This document shows positions 25,629-37,534 of a DNA stretch of 64,000 nt, piece by piece; positions within the stretch are counted from its first letter, which is position 1, and the number at the start of each line of letters is the position of its first letter. Position numbers and translations under genes: made by a program. The notes below the pieces were generated by a model, which was not told where the DNA came from, searched no databases, and was given only the letters and a program-made list of their open reading frames with translations. Source of the DNA: Octopus vulgaris (Eukaryota); assembly GCA_951406725.2 (NCBI GenBank), contig OX597822.1, positions 26,412,001 through 26,476,000 of the forward strand, given 5' to 3'.

Positions 25629-26303
25629 GTAATAAAAACCATTTTCACGTAATTGATTTCTTAGATCTCTTTCAACGCACCAGTTTTCCTTTTAATTCTA
25701 AATAAATCCTGTACACTAACATGTATATATATATGTAAGGTTCAAGGTTGTGTTTTGCAAGGGCACTGTCGAATGAAGTTACTTTACAAAATTCTAATCT
25801 TCCCGAATGGGTGGAAAAGCATCGCTCGAGTCTGGTTTATTTAGAATTTAGAATATATATTTAGAGAGAGGCGGGGACATTTATTTATTACATTATTCTC
25901 GGTATTATTCGCTTTAATTAATCTGTTGGACACATCCTTGCTGAGTGTTTTGTATCAAGGGAGACAATAACATCTTGACTTTTTAAATTCATAATTTGAA
26001 GAACACGCATGACAGTGAAATCCACACGTGAAATCAAAGCTCCATTTGTAATGTTGCGACTCTATATGTATATATATATTTGTGTGTGTATATAGTGGTT
26101 TTCTGGCACGAAGCAATGCGAGCCTTGCCGTTCACTAAAAAATAAACAAAAAAAAACATAGTAAATGATCCATAAGCACTCGAGCAAACTGAGTCTTCAA
26201 CTTGTTCCATTTGCCAAAAGGTTTGCAAGGCAACAACAAGCCCTAGGAGACACATTCGTGTCCATAGAAAATATTTAATGCTTTGTTTTACTGACCCTTC
26301 AAT

Positions 26304-26443
26304 CAGGGCCGATCCTAGGGTTGCTGGCGCCCCGGGCAACCTGAACTTCGGCGTGTACAAGCTGACGGCCGTGGTGTCTTTGTCACGCCCTCTTTGGCGA
26401 CCCGGGCGACTGCCCGAGTTGTCGGTACCTTGAGCCGGCCCTG
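26304..26443. mobile_element. GC-rich hAT-like MITE
   Basis: TIRs CAGGGCCG / CGGCCCTG with internal TGGCG.CCCGGGC repeats. Confidence 0.55.
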
Positions 26444-26495
26444 CTCTCATTTGTCGTTCACGATAAGCGAATCCATCATTACCATCATCATCATC

Positions 26496-26496
<1 letters not shown>

Positions 26497-26526
<30 letters not shown>

Positions 26527-26564
26527 TACACATATATATACACACATACATACCTATCTATCTA

Positions 26565-26620
<56 letters not shown>

Positions 26621-26624
26621 TATC

Positions 26625-26655
<31 letters not shown>
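26497..26655. repeat. (TA)n/(CA)n compound microsatellite
   Basis: Directly visible. Confidence 0.95.
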
Positions 26656-27036
26656 GTCACTGCATTTATATATGTGTGTATGTCTCTGCCGGGGGCTAAT
26701 TGCTAGACTGTTTCCCACTTGTTTGCAACCCTCTTGAATATCGCTCGCTGCCGCTGACTTGCTCCTGTATTGAACCGGGAAGTACATTAATTTTTTTGAT
26801 CTATGAGATGGAATAGATCCAGTTTTTCTCCTAGTAAACACCTCTCTTATCAAAACTTGCTGGCGGCTATACACATCCTGCTGCTCCAGTCTAACTTGGA
26901 TGCGTAGTGGATCCCAGAGATATACTGTGTAGGCCCACTCTAGTGAACCAGTTTTGAAACTTATCAACCACTGCCCTGTTGCATTGTAGATGAGTCTAGG
27001 AAATCTCATTATCCTGATAAGAGTAAGCCTCTACAT

Positions 27037-27343
27037 CAGGCCTGGCCAACTCGAATTACATTAAGGGCCACTTTAATCACAGAAACTTTTTTGAGGGCCA
27101 CTTGTATACTTTATTCACTAATAGTCAAATAATCAAATTACAGAAACCAAAAATTTTTTAACTTTTCGTTTGTTTAAAATTATAAAATTGTAGGCTATTA
27201 CTTCATTGCCACTTATAAATTTTAACTTTACCTCGAAACAGATGTTTTACACAAACAATTTTATTTTGAAATTAAACACAATACTTCAAGAAAGTATCAA
27301 GTGGGCCTCGTGCATCCAGCGGGCATCAGGTTGGCCAGCCCTG
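27037..27343. mobile_element. hAT MITE with perfect 8-bp TSD
   Basis: TIRs CAGGCCTGGCCAAC / GTTGGCCAGCCCTG; TSD CTCTACAT at 27029-27036 and 27344-27351. Confidence 0.85.
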
Positions 27344-27351
27344 CTCTACAT

Positions 27352-27601
27352 CAATGGTTCTCAACTGGGTTCGTATGACCCTTAGGGGTTTTATATAAGA
27401 TTTTGTTGTATTTATGTGCAACAAATTGGTTTGGCTATACTTCTACAATATATAAAATAGTTTAACAATCTTTTTATATAATTCCTTATGATACTTAATT
27501 ATTAAAATAGAATAGGGCTTTTAAAACATCAAATGACTCTGGTGGTACAATCTGAGTAAAATAGGAATCAAAGGGAGGTAAAAATTAGTTGGGAACTGCT
27601 G
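27352..27601. mobile_element. hAT (Charlie-like) MITE, same family as 10221
   Basis: TIRs CAATGGTTCTCAAC / GTTGGGAACTGCTG; TSD CTCTACAT / CTCTTCAT. Confidence 0.75.
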
Positions 27602-27907
27602 CTCTTCATAGTTACTCGACCTGCTAGAAAATAGCCAAATCTCCCTCAATTCACACCTTACAACTTAGAAAAGGAGATGATGACATATTAGATAATGAAG
27701 CAAGCCTTTGCCTTTTGTCTGATCGATGAGATTATTGATTTCAGGTGAAACAACAAATGGGGGATTTAATTTGACAAGCCATATGAGCAATGGAGATGAA
27801 TTACCTCCTCAAAAGGATATGGCTGCTGCATGCATTTCTATTTCAGTGCACTCAGCATAAACTTGAGGCAGGAAACTGTACCTGTCAGAATATTCCACTT
27901 GGTGTTT

Positions 27908-28130
27908 CATCATCATCATCGTTTAACGTCCGCTTTCCATGCTAGCATGGGTTGGACGGTTCGACCGGGGTCTGGGAAGCCAGGAGGCTGCACCAGGCCC
28001 AGTCTGATCTGGCAGTGTTTCTACAGCTGGATGCCCTTCCTAACACCAACCACGGAGGCCAGTCGAGGCGGCACTGGCAACGGCCACATTCGGATGGTAT
28101 CACAACTACAATTTCCATTGATTTTTGATC
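27908..28130 (-). mobile_element. RTE-LINE 3' tail
   Basis: (CAT)n-CGTTTAACGTCCGCTTTCCATGCTAGCATGGGTTGG signature. Confidence 0.8.
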
Positions 28131-29277
28131 GATTAAGAAAACTTACAGAATATCCCTCAGACATATCACATGGAATATAAAGACACTTCTTGGGTTTAGC
28201 AACAGACTAGATCAGCCCCTAGAACAGAACAGCTCCTATAGTCATTGGGCTACCGTGAGAAGGGACATCACCAACATATCATTGGTTTTGCTGTGAAGAA
28301 CTGTCTGCAGCCAAAGTTATTGAATATGTCAGTTGGTGTAAACCAGTTGTCTTGTGCTGGTTCACATGTGCCACTGGTTGTAAGTTTGCTATGTTATCTT
28401 ACTGAGGTGCTTATATATTGCCCCTGCTATATGATGTACCACATAAAAGCACACCCATGTGGCACCATGTAAAAACACCCAGGCGGTGCCATATAAAATT
28501 ACCCTGCACACTCTATAAAGTGGTTGGCATTAGGAAGGGCATCTAGCCATAGAAACCATGTCAAATCAAAATGGAGTCTGGTGCAGGTCCCAGCTTGCCG
28601 GCTCTAGTCAAACTGTTCTACCCTTGCCAGCATAGAGAACATGCATTAAATGATGATGATGCTTATACCAGGCACTGATCTACATCCGAGAGTAAAGTCA
28701 TCGTAATGGTTAATTTTGATGCAAGAGTATAGAAGAGTAAGCAAACTGGGGACTAAGTGATCAGAGAGCATGATGAAAGATAGCTAACAGGAATAGCATT
28801 AGACTTTACACACATCCTCCTCACTATAACACCTCACAATCTCACCTGTTGTGCATAACCTTATGGTTACCAACACTTCCATCAAAAACTACCAGATCCA
28901 AATATTGACATCTTTCCTCATGATCATGCAGGTAGATCACAAAGATGTTCTGCTTACCTGTGCAATAAGGTGAAGCTGAATGTTGGACAGTCACATTATA
29001 TTGACAAAGGTGAGGTTGGGTTATATATGCACTCAAGAGCACCAAAAATCAGGTGTCAACTTGACTCCCCACCCCATCCTCCTTCCTTCAATAGATGTCA
29101 AAACTAAAAGTTTCAGAAGGACCCATTACTTTAAGTGCTGGTAATGAATGAGAAACCATAGGATGAAAAACAAAATATTATCAAGAGTTATTCAGTGAGA
29201 GCTCCATCACATTCCTGAATAACATACAAGGCTGACAAAGAAACACTGAACATTCACTTATAAAAAAAAAATGGACA

Positions 29278-29660
29278 AGGTGCAGGAGTGGCTGTGTGGT
29301 AAGTAGCTTGCTTACCAACCACATGGTTCTTGGTTCAGTCCCACTGCGTGGCACCATAGCCTCGGGCCGACCAAAGCCTTGTGAGTGGATTTGGTAGACG
29401 GAAACTGAAAAGAAGCCTGTCGTATATATGTATATATATATGTGTGTGTGTGTGTTTGTCCCCCCAACATCGCTTGACAACCGATGCTGGTGTGTTTACG
29501 TCCCTGTAACTTAGTGGTTCGGCAAAAAGAGACCGATAGAATAAGTAGAAGGCTTACAAAGAATAAGACCTGGGGTCGATTTGCTCGACTAAAAGGCGGT
29601 GCTCCAGCATGACCGCAGTCAAATGACTGAAACAAGTAAAAGAGTAAAGAGTAAAAAGAG
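29278..29660 (+). mobile_element. tRNA/CORE-like SINE family C, near full length
   Basis: Head GGTGCAGGAGTGGCTGTGTGGTAAG, GGTTCAGTCCC B-box, internal (TA)(TG)n, and an (AAGAGTA)n tail. Confidence 0.85.
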
Positions 29661-31051
29661 TAAGGTCTTCAGAGTAGGGTTTAATCCACTCCTTGCATTC
29701 TAAAAAGTGACTGGTGAATTGCAAAAACTCAACAAAATCAGATTTATGCAGACTTGTATGGCATACATGATACTGATGATGCAATAAAGACCCTGTGGCA
29801 CAAGGAATTGCTGTATGGCAGTAGTTGGCACTTTTCTGTTCAAAGACCTGTTAATAATAGAGAAGCATAGAAGGGAACACTTCAGCCTATTGCTAAAGCA
29901 GTGTATCTAGTAATCATTGAAGGATTTTAGAAAACACCCATCATCCACTATCTTGACTAATAACTGATTGGTATGCTACCATCAGAACTCTGAAAAACAG
30001 TAAATCTCCATGTGACTAATATCGTCCTAACACTGGTCTTAAATGCTCTTGTGTACCTGGAATGCTAACTGCCAGACCTCGATCAGCAGCATACTGCTGA
30101 GCTCAGTGACCTGCTTAGATCTTAGCTTAGTGGTGGTAACATGATGGGCTTCTTTCAGTTTCCATACACCAAATCCACTCATAGTGCTTTGGTCAGCTCA
30201 GGGTTATAGTAGAAGACAATTGCCCAAGGTGCCACACAGTAGAACTGAACCTGAGACCGCATGGTTGTGAAGCAAACTTCTTAAACTACACAGCCAGATA
30301 TACACATATATAAATATGTCTTCAATTTCCTTTGTGTATAATATTATATATCCATTGCTTTATCTCTTTCTCTTCCTGAAAATGTCCTGCTTTTTATCTA
30401 TGTGCCAAAACAGATTTACATTTTCAGCACTTTTTATCCCTAATCTATGATATTTAGGCTTTTCCAACATTAGCTCTTTGTGCTTCATCATTCAGTGAGG
30501 TTAGTTCTGTTTGTATGTAATATTTTGAGAGATCTTTCTTTTATGTAAGTATAGGTTTGTTTTCTTACACACCTCACTGATTAATGAAATAGTTGAAGTT
30601 AGATGAATGTTCAGATTAATGTTCGTTAAGTAAAGGTAACAAGTGTCTATTTTCTTTCCATCGCTTAATCAAATGGAGAAGGGTTGTACCCAGGACATTT
30701 TCAGTCTTTCTGAGACTGATAGGAGGAAGTTTTATTGAAAGTTATGGGGAAACAAAGTCAGTGGGCATAATTTCAAAGCTATGCCATCATCACCCCCACT
30801 GCCACCACTATTACCATTGCTACCATCATGACAACCACTACCATCACCACCACCTCTTCTGGCTAGAGACATGGTCAGGTAATGGTGTTAAACTGAATGA
30901 AGGATTAGTCTACTATCCAGGTTAGGACATTGTATTTTCTTTTCCTTTTATGCAAACTGTCAAATTAAGCCTGTACACCTTGTATGTTATCTATACAAAA
31001 TATATCTTTCTAAAGAATTCAAATTTTATTTTATTCTCTTTACATACACAG

Positions 31052-31115
31052 TGGTATCCAAAAACAAGTGATGAATCATGGCTTAAAAATTTTGACTATT
31101 CAGGAACAGATAGAG
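31052..31115 (+). CDS. PUSL1: PUSL1 coding exon 2
   Basis: (S)GIQKQVMNHGLKILTIQEQIE; CAG acceptor and GAG|GTAAG donor; phases 2 to 0. Confidence 0.85.
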
Positions 31116-31347
31116 GTAAGATTTTATATATATATATATTATTTTATTTATTAGGGAATAAAAATTCTGGCGACACGGATTCAAATAAATTGAATTATTG
31201 TCGATAAGGAAATATATGTTATTTAGAGATAGAAGTCCCCATGCAATTCATCAAATCCTAATATACATTACACTATATCATAGAATTTTAGGATTTGATG
31301 AATTGCATGGAGACTTCTATCTCTAAATAACATATATTTCCTTATAT

Positions 31348-31383
<36 letters not shown>

Positions 31384-31446
31384 AACTGGTATTATCATTA
31401 TTCACCAACACACTCAAATTTTTGCTGATAGTCAATGTGTCATTAC

Positions 31447-31840
31447 ATCATCATCATTTAACATCTGTTTTCCATGCTGGCATGGGTTGGACGGATTGAC
31501 TGAAGCTGGTATGGCCAAGGGTCACAACAGGCTCCATTGTCTGTTTTGGCATGGTGTTATAGCTGGATGCCCTTCCTAACGCCAACCACTTCATAGAGTG
31601 TACTAGTTGCTTTTAACATGACACCAGCACAAGTGCTTTTTACATAGCATGAGCACCGACTTCAATTTTGCTGTGGTGGACAGTCTTCTTGAGTACAGCT
31701 GTGTGGCACATATCTCAGTCATTTGACATCTCCTTCGTAAGGCTCAGTGTCTTGAGATTGGCCTTCAACACTTTGTCCCATGTCTTCAGGGGTCTCCTCT
31801 TCTACAAATTTCACCCAGTTTAAGTGATCAGCACTTATGT
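31447..31840 (-). mobile_element. Older RTE-LINE 3' fragment
   Basis: (CAT)n tail, GGATGCCCTTCCTAACGCCAACCAC, and RT-end similarity; mirrored by the plus-strand copy at 58085. Confidence 0.7.
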
Positions 31841-31948
31841 TTACAACTGTTTATATATACTGACTGCTTGTAAGTTTTGCCATTTTAATACATCCTTCAT
31901 TGAGGAGTTTTGGGCTTTCACCCATTGTCTTTGAACACAAGATCCACT

Positions 31949-33030
31949 ATCATCATCATCGTTTAACGTCTGCTTTCCATGCTGGCATGGGTTGGACAAT
32001 TGACTGAGGACTGGCGAACCAGATGGCTGCACCAGGCTCCAATCTGATCTGGCAGAGTTTCTACAGCTTGATGTCCTTCCTAATGCCAACCACTCCAAGT
32101 GTGTAGTGGGTGGTTTTATGTGCCACTGGCACAAGAGCCAGTCAGGTGGTACTAGCAATGGTCTTGCTCAAATGGTGTCTTTTACATGGCACTGGCAATG
32201 ACCTCACTTGAATATTTTTCACATGCCACCGGCACAAGTGTCGGTAAGGCAACGCTGGTAACGATCACATTCGAATGGTGCTTTTTACGTACCACCGGCA
32301 TAGAAGCCAGTCAGCTGCTCTGGCAACGATCATGCTCAGATGGTACTCTTAGCGCTCCACAAGCATGGATGTCAGTCATTGAATTTGATTTCGATTTCAC
32401 TTGCCTCAACAGGTTTTCACAAGCAGAGTTTAGTGTCCAATGAAGAAAAGGTACACATAAGTGGGCTGGTTACACCCCTGACATAGGCCACGGGTTATGG
32501 TCTTACTTGGTTTGCCGGGTCTTCGCAAGTACAGCATATTTCCAAAGGCCTCAGTCACTAGTCATTGCCTCAGTGAGGCCTAATTTTCAAAGGACATGTT
32601 TCACCATCTCATCCCAGGTCTTCCTGGGTCTACCTCTTTCACAGGTTCCCTCAACCGCTAGGGTTTGGCACTTTTTCACACAGCTATCCTTATCCATTTT
32701 CGCTACATGACCATATCAGCGCAGTCATCTCTTGCACACCACATCTGATGTTTCTTAGGTCCAACTTTTCTCTCAAGGTATTTACACTCTGTTGAGTATG
32801 TACCCTGACATTACACATCCAGTGGAGCATACTGGCTACATTCCTTTCAAGCTTATGCATGTCTTCAGCAGTCACGGCCCATGTTTCACTGCCATGTAGC
32901 ATGGCTGTTCGTACACATGCGTCATACAGTCTACATTTTACTCTGAGCAAAAGGCCCTTTGTCATCAGCAGAGGTAAGAGCTCTCTGAACTTTGCCCAGG
33001 CTATTCTTATTCTAGCAGCTATACTTTCAG
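31949..33030 (-). mobile_element. 5'-truncated RTE LINE (RT C-terminus plus 3' UTR)
   Basis: ORF 32690-32965 KGLLLRVKCRLYDACVRTAMLHGSETWAVT fits the RTE-clade YGSETW motif; the 3' UTR ends in (GAT)n. Confidence 0.9.
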
Positions 33031-33987
33031 GCTGAAAAGAGAGATAGGATGTATATACAAGACCTGGACAACCTTATCATACCATAAGCCTACTTTAATA
33101 CTTGAAGAGGAAAAAAAAAAGCAGCAGTATCGGCAGGGTTTGAATTTATATTCTCTTAATGTGGTTATATACACTTGTAGTTAGCCATTCTAAAGTTTTC
33201 TGCAAATTTTCAAAAATTATCAGCAGTTAAAGGGAAACAACTCTAAAACCGTATTTATGTGTGTGTGTGTGTGTATGTTTATATATCTGTCTCCCCACCA
33301 TCGCTTGACAACTGATGTTGGTGTCTTTATGTCCCCGAAACTTAGCAGCTCGGCAAAAGAGACTGATAGAATAAGTACTAAGCTTATAAAGAATAAGTCC
33401 TGGAGTCAATTTGTTCTACTAAAGGCGGTGCTCCAGCATGGCCGAAATCAAATGATTGAAACTTGTAAAATAATATGTTTACATACAAAAAAAAAAACAA
33501 AAACTATCCAGAATACAAATGAAATACAGGATTAAAGGAGCTGAAGAAAATTATTTGAACTTCTTTCCTTTAACACTTCAAATGTAAGATCTCTTCCCTG
33601 AAGACGAAGGCTCGTCTCATCCTATGACGAAATCAATCTACATACATTATTTTGGATTGCTGAGCCCCCAGAAAAAGGTGTTGAATTTGCAATACTTTTC
33701 TTCAACCTCTTTAATCCTCTATTTCATTTGTATTCTGTGTAAGTCGGACCTTTTTGTATGTAAACATCTGTACATTTCTTGTATTTCATGTATTAATATA
33801 GTAAAACTTCATATACTGATCTGTCTAATTTGCTTAACCCCACACACACATATATATATATTCCGAATTTGTGTGAATATATCAGTTGAATAAGGTAAAA
33901 ACATGGTCTGGTTTTCACGTTTTTTTATCATGGTATTTTAATGTTAGAAACATATTCAAGAACTCAACTGTCAGTTAAATACATTTT

Positions 33988-34030
33988 GAAATCTGATGAT
34001 TACTATGAATGTATGAAAGCGCTAATTGAA
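33988..34030 (+). ncRNA. Putative minimal type-I hammerhead ribozyme (Penelope-type)
   Basis: CTGATGA 33993-33999, short stem II (TAC/GTA), GAAA 34015-34018, palindromic stem III AGCGCT, 3-bp stem I AAT/ATT. Confidence 0.5.
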
Positions 34031-34117
34031 CTTTATGAACATTACAAAATATTTTTTAATGTTAAAATACCATAATGAAAAACGTTAAAACTAGACCATG
34101 TTTTAACCTTATTCAAC

Positions 34118-34173
<56 letters not shown>

Positions 34174-34299
34174 ATAAGTAATAACAGTAAGATAACAAAA
34201 GAAAGAAAGAGACCTCAATATTGTGTAAATAGAGGAATTTCTCTGTAAAATAATATGTGACAATTATTCAGTAGCCAAGATAAAACTCTGAGTATATAT

Positions 34300-34580
34300 G
34301 GCATGTGAAAAAACATTTGAGCGAGGTCATTGCCAGTGCCACTGGACTGGCTCTTATGCAGGTGGCACGTAAAAAATGCTATTTGAGCATGGCCATTGCC
34401 AGTACCGCCAGACTGGCCCTCATGCCAGTGGCATCGAAAAGCACCCACTACACTCTCGGAGTAGTTGGCGTTAGGAAGGGCATCCAGCTGTAGAAACTCT
34501 GGCAGATCAGCCATCTGGTTCTCAGTCAAATCGTCCAACCCATGCTAGCATGGAAAGCGGACATTAAATGATGATGATGA
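34300..34580 (+). mobile_element. RTE-LINE 3' tail
   Basis: Signature motifs and (GAT)n end. Confidence 0.8.
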
Positions 34581-35059
34581 TATATATATATATATATATA
34601 TTTGTTATTAGCGAAGGAAGCAAGGCTAATATTGCAGTTTTGTAGCTTTGTTCAGTGTATCCTCCTTATCTAAGATTATAAAAATTATATACACACGTGT
34701 GTGTTTGTGTGTGTGTGAGTAAAGGGTTATTAATAAGGTATTATCAATTCAGGCAAAATAATTCTTAAGCTCTCTGCCAACACAAATTCACTAACAAAAG
34801 GGATTCTGATTTCTATAGAACTCTTAGGCAAAATGCAAAGCTGAAGTCCATCACCAGTCAATTTTGTAATTCTACAGTTACATTACCAAGTTAATATGGT
34901 CTGTTTTCACAGAGTGATATACAAGAAGAGCCATAAATAATGGGCTTTATACATTTATTTATTTGTAAATTGTAGATTTATGACTGTTTTTGATTTGCCC
35001 AGAGCCCATTATTTATGCTTTTTTTGTATATCCCTCTGTGGAAACATACTATTTCTTTT

Positions 35060-35440
35060 AATTCTTTTATTTGTTTCAGTCATTTGACTGCAGCCATGCT
35101 GGAGCACCAACTTACAGGGCTTTAAGTCAAACAAATTGACTCAAGGACTTCTATGTCAAGCCTAGTACTTATTCTGTTGCTCTTTTTTGCCGAACCACTA
35201 AGTTATAGGGATGTAAACACACCAGCACCAGTTGTCAAGTGATGATAGACTCACACACACACACACATATATATATACAACAGGCTTCTTTCAGTTTCTA
35301 TCTACCAAATCCATTCACAAGGCTTTGGTCAACCCAAAGCAATAGTAGAAGACTCTTGCTCAAGGTGCCACACAGTGGGACTGAACCTGGAACCATGTGG
35401 TTGAAAAGCAAACTTCTTACCACACAGCCATGCCTGTGCC
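35060..35440 (-). mobile_element. SINE family C
   Basis: Reverse complement of the 29278 element. Confidence 0.8.
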
Positions 35441-35540
35441 TATGGATTTCCACTTTGGAGCTCACCTTAAGATTACCTAGATCTCTGTTATAGCAGGTTT
35501 GTATACTGGGGATGATACAAAATCTATATATATATATATC

Positions 35541-36289
35541 ACCATCATCATCATCATCATTTAGTGTCCGTTTTTCCATGCTGGTATGGGTTAGATGCTT
35601 TGTCTGGGCCTGGTAAGCCAGAGAGCTGTACCAGGCTCTAGTCTGATTTGGCTTAGTTTCTACAGCTGGATGTCCTTCCTAATGCCAACCACTGCATGAG
35701 TGTAGTAGGTGCCTTCTACATATCACTGGCACCTGGTACAAGTGACTTTAACATGTCATTGGCACTGACCATGACTATGATTTCATTTTGCTTGACATGT
35801 CTTCTCGAGCACAGCAAATTGCCAAAATTCTCCATCGTTTGTCATCACCTCTGTGAGACCCATTATCTGAAGATCATGCTTCACCATCTCATCCCATGTC
35901 TTCCTGGATCTATCTCTTCCACAGTTTCTCTCAACAGTTAGAAATTGGTACTTCTTTACACGGCTGTCCTAATCCATATGCATCACATAACCATGCCAGC
36001 ACAGATACCTCTCTTGCATATCACCTCCGATGCCTCTTCTGCCCAATTTTTCTCTCAAGACATTTACACTCTGTCATACATGCACACTGACATTGCACAT
36101 TCAATGAAGCATACTAGCTTCATTTCTGTCAAGCCTTCGCATGTCTTCTGCAGTCACAGCCCATGTGTCACTGCCGTGTAGCTTGGCTGTTCACTCACAG
36201 GCATCATCCAATCTGCCTTTCACTCTGAGGTAGAGGCCTTTTATTACCAACAAAGGTAAAAGCTCTCTGAACTTTTTCTATCCTATTCT

Positions 36290-36292
<3 letters not shown>
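35541..36292 (-). mobile_element. 5'-truncated RTE LINE, decayed
   Basis: Colinear with 31949-33030 (CACAGCCCATGTGTCACTGCCGTGTAGC is the HGSDTWAV motif on the minus strand). Confidence 0.8.
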
Positions 36293-36320
<28 letters not shown>

Positions 36321-36323
<3 letters not shown>

Positions 36324-36660
36324 TCATCATCATCATCATCACCGTTTAACGTCCGTTCTCCATGCTAGCATGGGTTGGACGGTTTGACCGGGGATCTGGG
36401 AAGCCAGAAGGCTGCACCAGGCTCCAGTCTTATCTGGCAATGTTTCTACAGCTGGATGCCCTTCCTAACGCCAACCACTCCGTGAGTGTAGTGGGTGCTT
36501 TTTACGTGCCACCTGCACAGGTGCCAGGCAAGGCTGGCAACGGCCACGGTCGGATTGGTGTATTTTATGTGCCACCGGCACGGAAGCCAGTCGAGGCGGC
36601 GCTGGCATCGGCCACGAGTCGGATAGTGCTTTTTATGTACCACCAGACCAGGGATCCTGG
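36321..36660 (-). mobile_element. RTE-LINE 3' tail (young)
   Basis: Signature motifs with three GTGCC/ACCAC subunits; flanked by (TA)n. Confidence 0.8.
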
Positions 36661-36661
36661 C

Positions 36662-36725
<64 letters not shown>

Positions 36726-36774
36726 TTGATCAACAGGAACTGAGTTGAAGCTAATTTTGTGTATGAGTGTATTA

Positions 36775-36967
36775 GTCTTTTGCTTGTTTCAGTCATTTGA
36801 CTGTGGCCATGCTGGAGCACCGCCTTTAGTTGAGCAAATTGACCCCAGGACTTATTTTTTGTAAGCCTAGTACTTTTTCTATTGGTCTCTTCTGCTGAAC
36901 CGCTAAGTGACGGGGACATTAACACACCAGCATTGGCTGTCAAGCAATGCTAGGGGGATGAACACAA

Positions 36968-37019
<52 letters not shown>

Positions 37020-37185
37020 ACATATACATATATACGATGGGCTTCTTTCAGTTTCCATCTACCAAATCCACTCACAAGGCTTTGGTCGGCCCAAGGCTGT
37101 AGTAAAAGGCACTTGCCCAAGATGCCACGCAATGGGACTGAACCCGGAACCATGTGGTTGGTAAGCACACAGCCACTCCAGTGCC
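36775..37185 (-). mobile_element. SINE family C
   Basis: Reverse complement of the 29278 element. Confidence 0.8.
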
Positions 37186-37421
37186 TATTATTATAGGAAT
37201 AATATAGTATTATATGGAATAATTTTATTGACAGTGTCTTTGAAACAGTTGGCAACCACTCTTTGGCTCTTAATTACTGTTCAGTATATGCTATATATCT
37301 GTGTGCAAGAGAGTACCATTGTAACTAACTAACTAACCAACTAAAACTAACCCTTCTTCTAAGTATACAAACCTGCTAATTACTTCTAATTGAATGCTAA
37401 TTAGATGTCCTTAATTTTCAG

Positions 37422-37534
37422 ATTGCCTTGAAATCACTGAATCCTAGAAATGTTGTGAAGTCTTGTATTTCCAGTCGTACAGATGCAGGTGTTCATGCCT
37501 TTCAGAATACAATGCATTGTGATCTTCTCCGCAA
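37422..37534 (+). CDS. PUSL1: PUSL1 coding exon 3 (catalytic Asp motif)
   Basis: IALKSLNPRNVVKSCISSRTDAGVHAFQNTMHCDLLR contains the TruA SSRTDAGVHA motif; TTTTCAG acceptor and AA|GTGAGT donor; phases 0 to 2. Confidence 0.95.

Noticed and set aside
26566-27009. 147-aa minus-strand ORF with a faint resemblance to a LINE endonuclease segment
   Set aside because: The motifs are too weak to call, and the C-terminal third is microsatellite translation.
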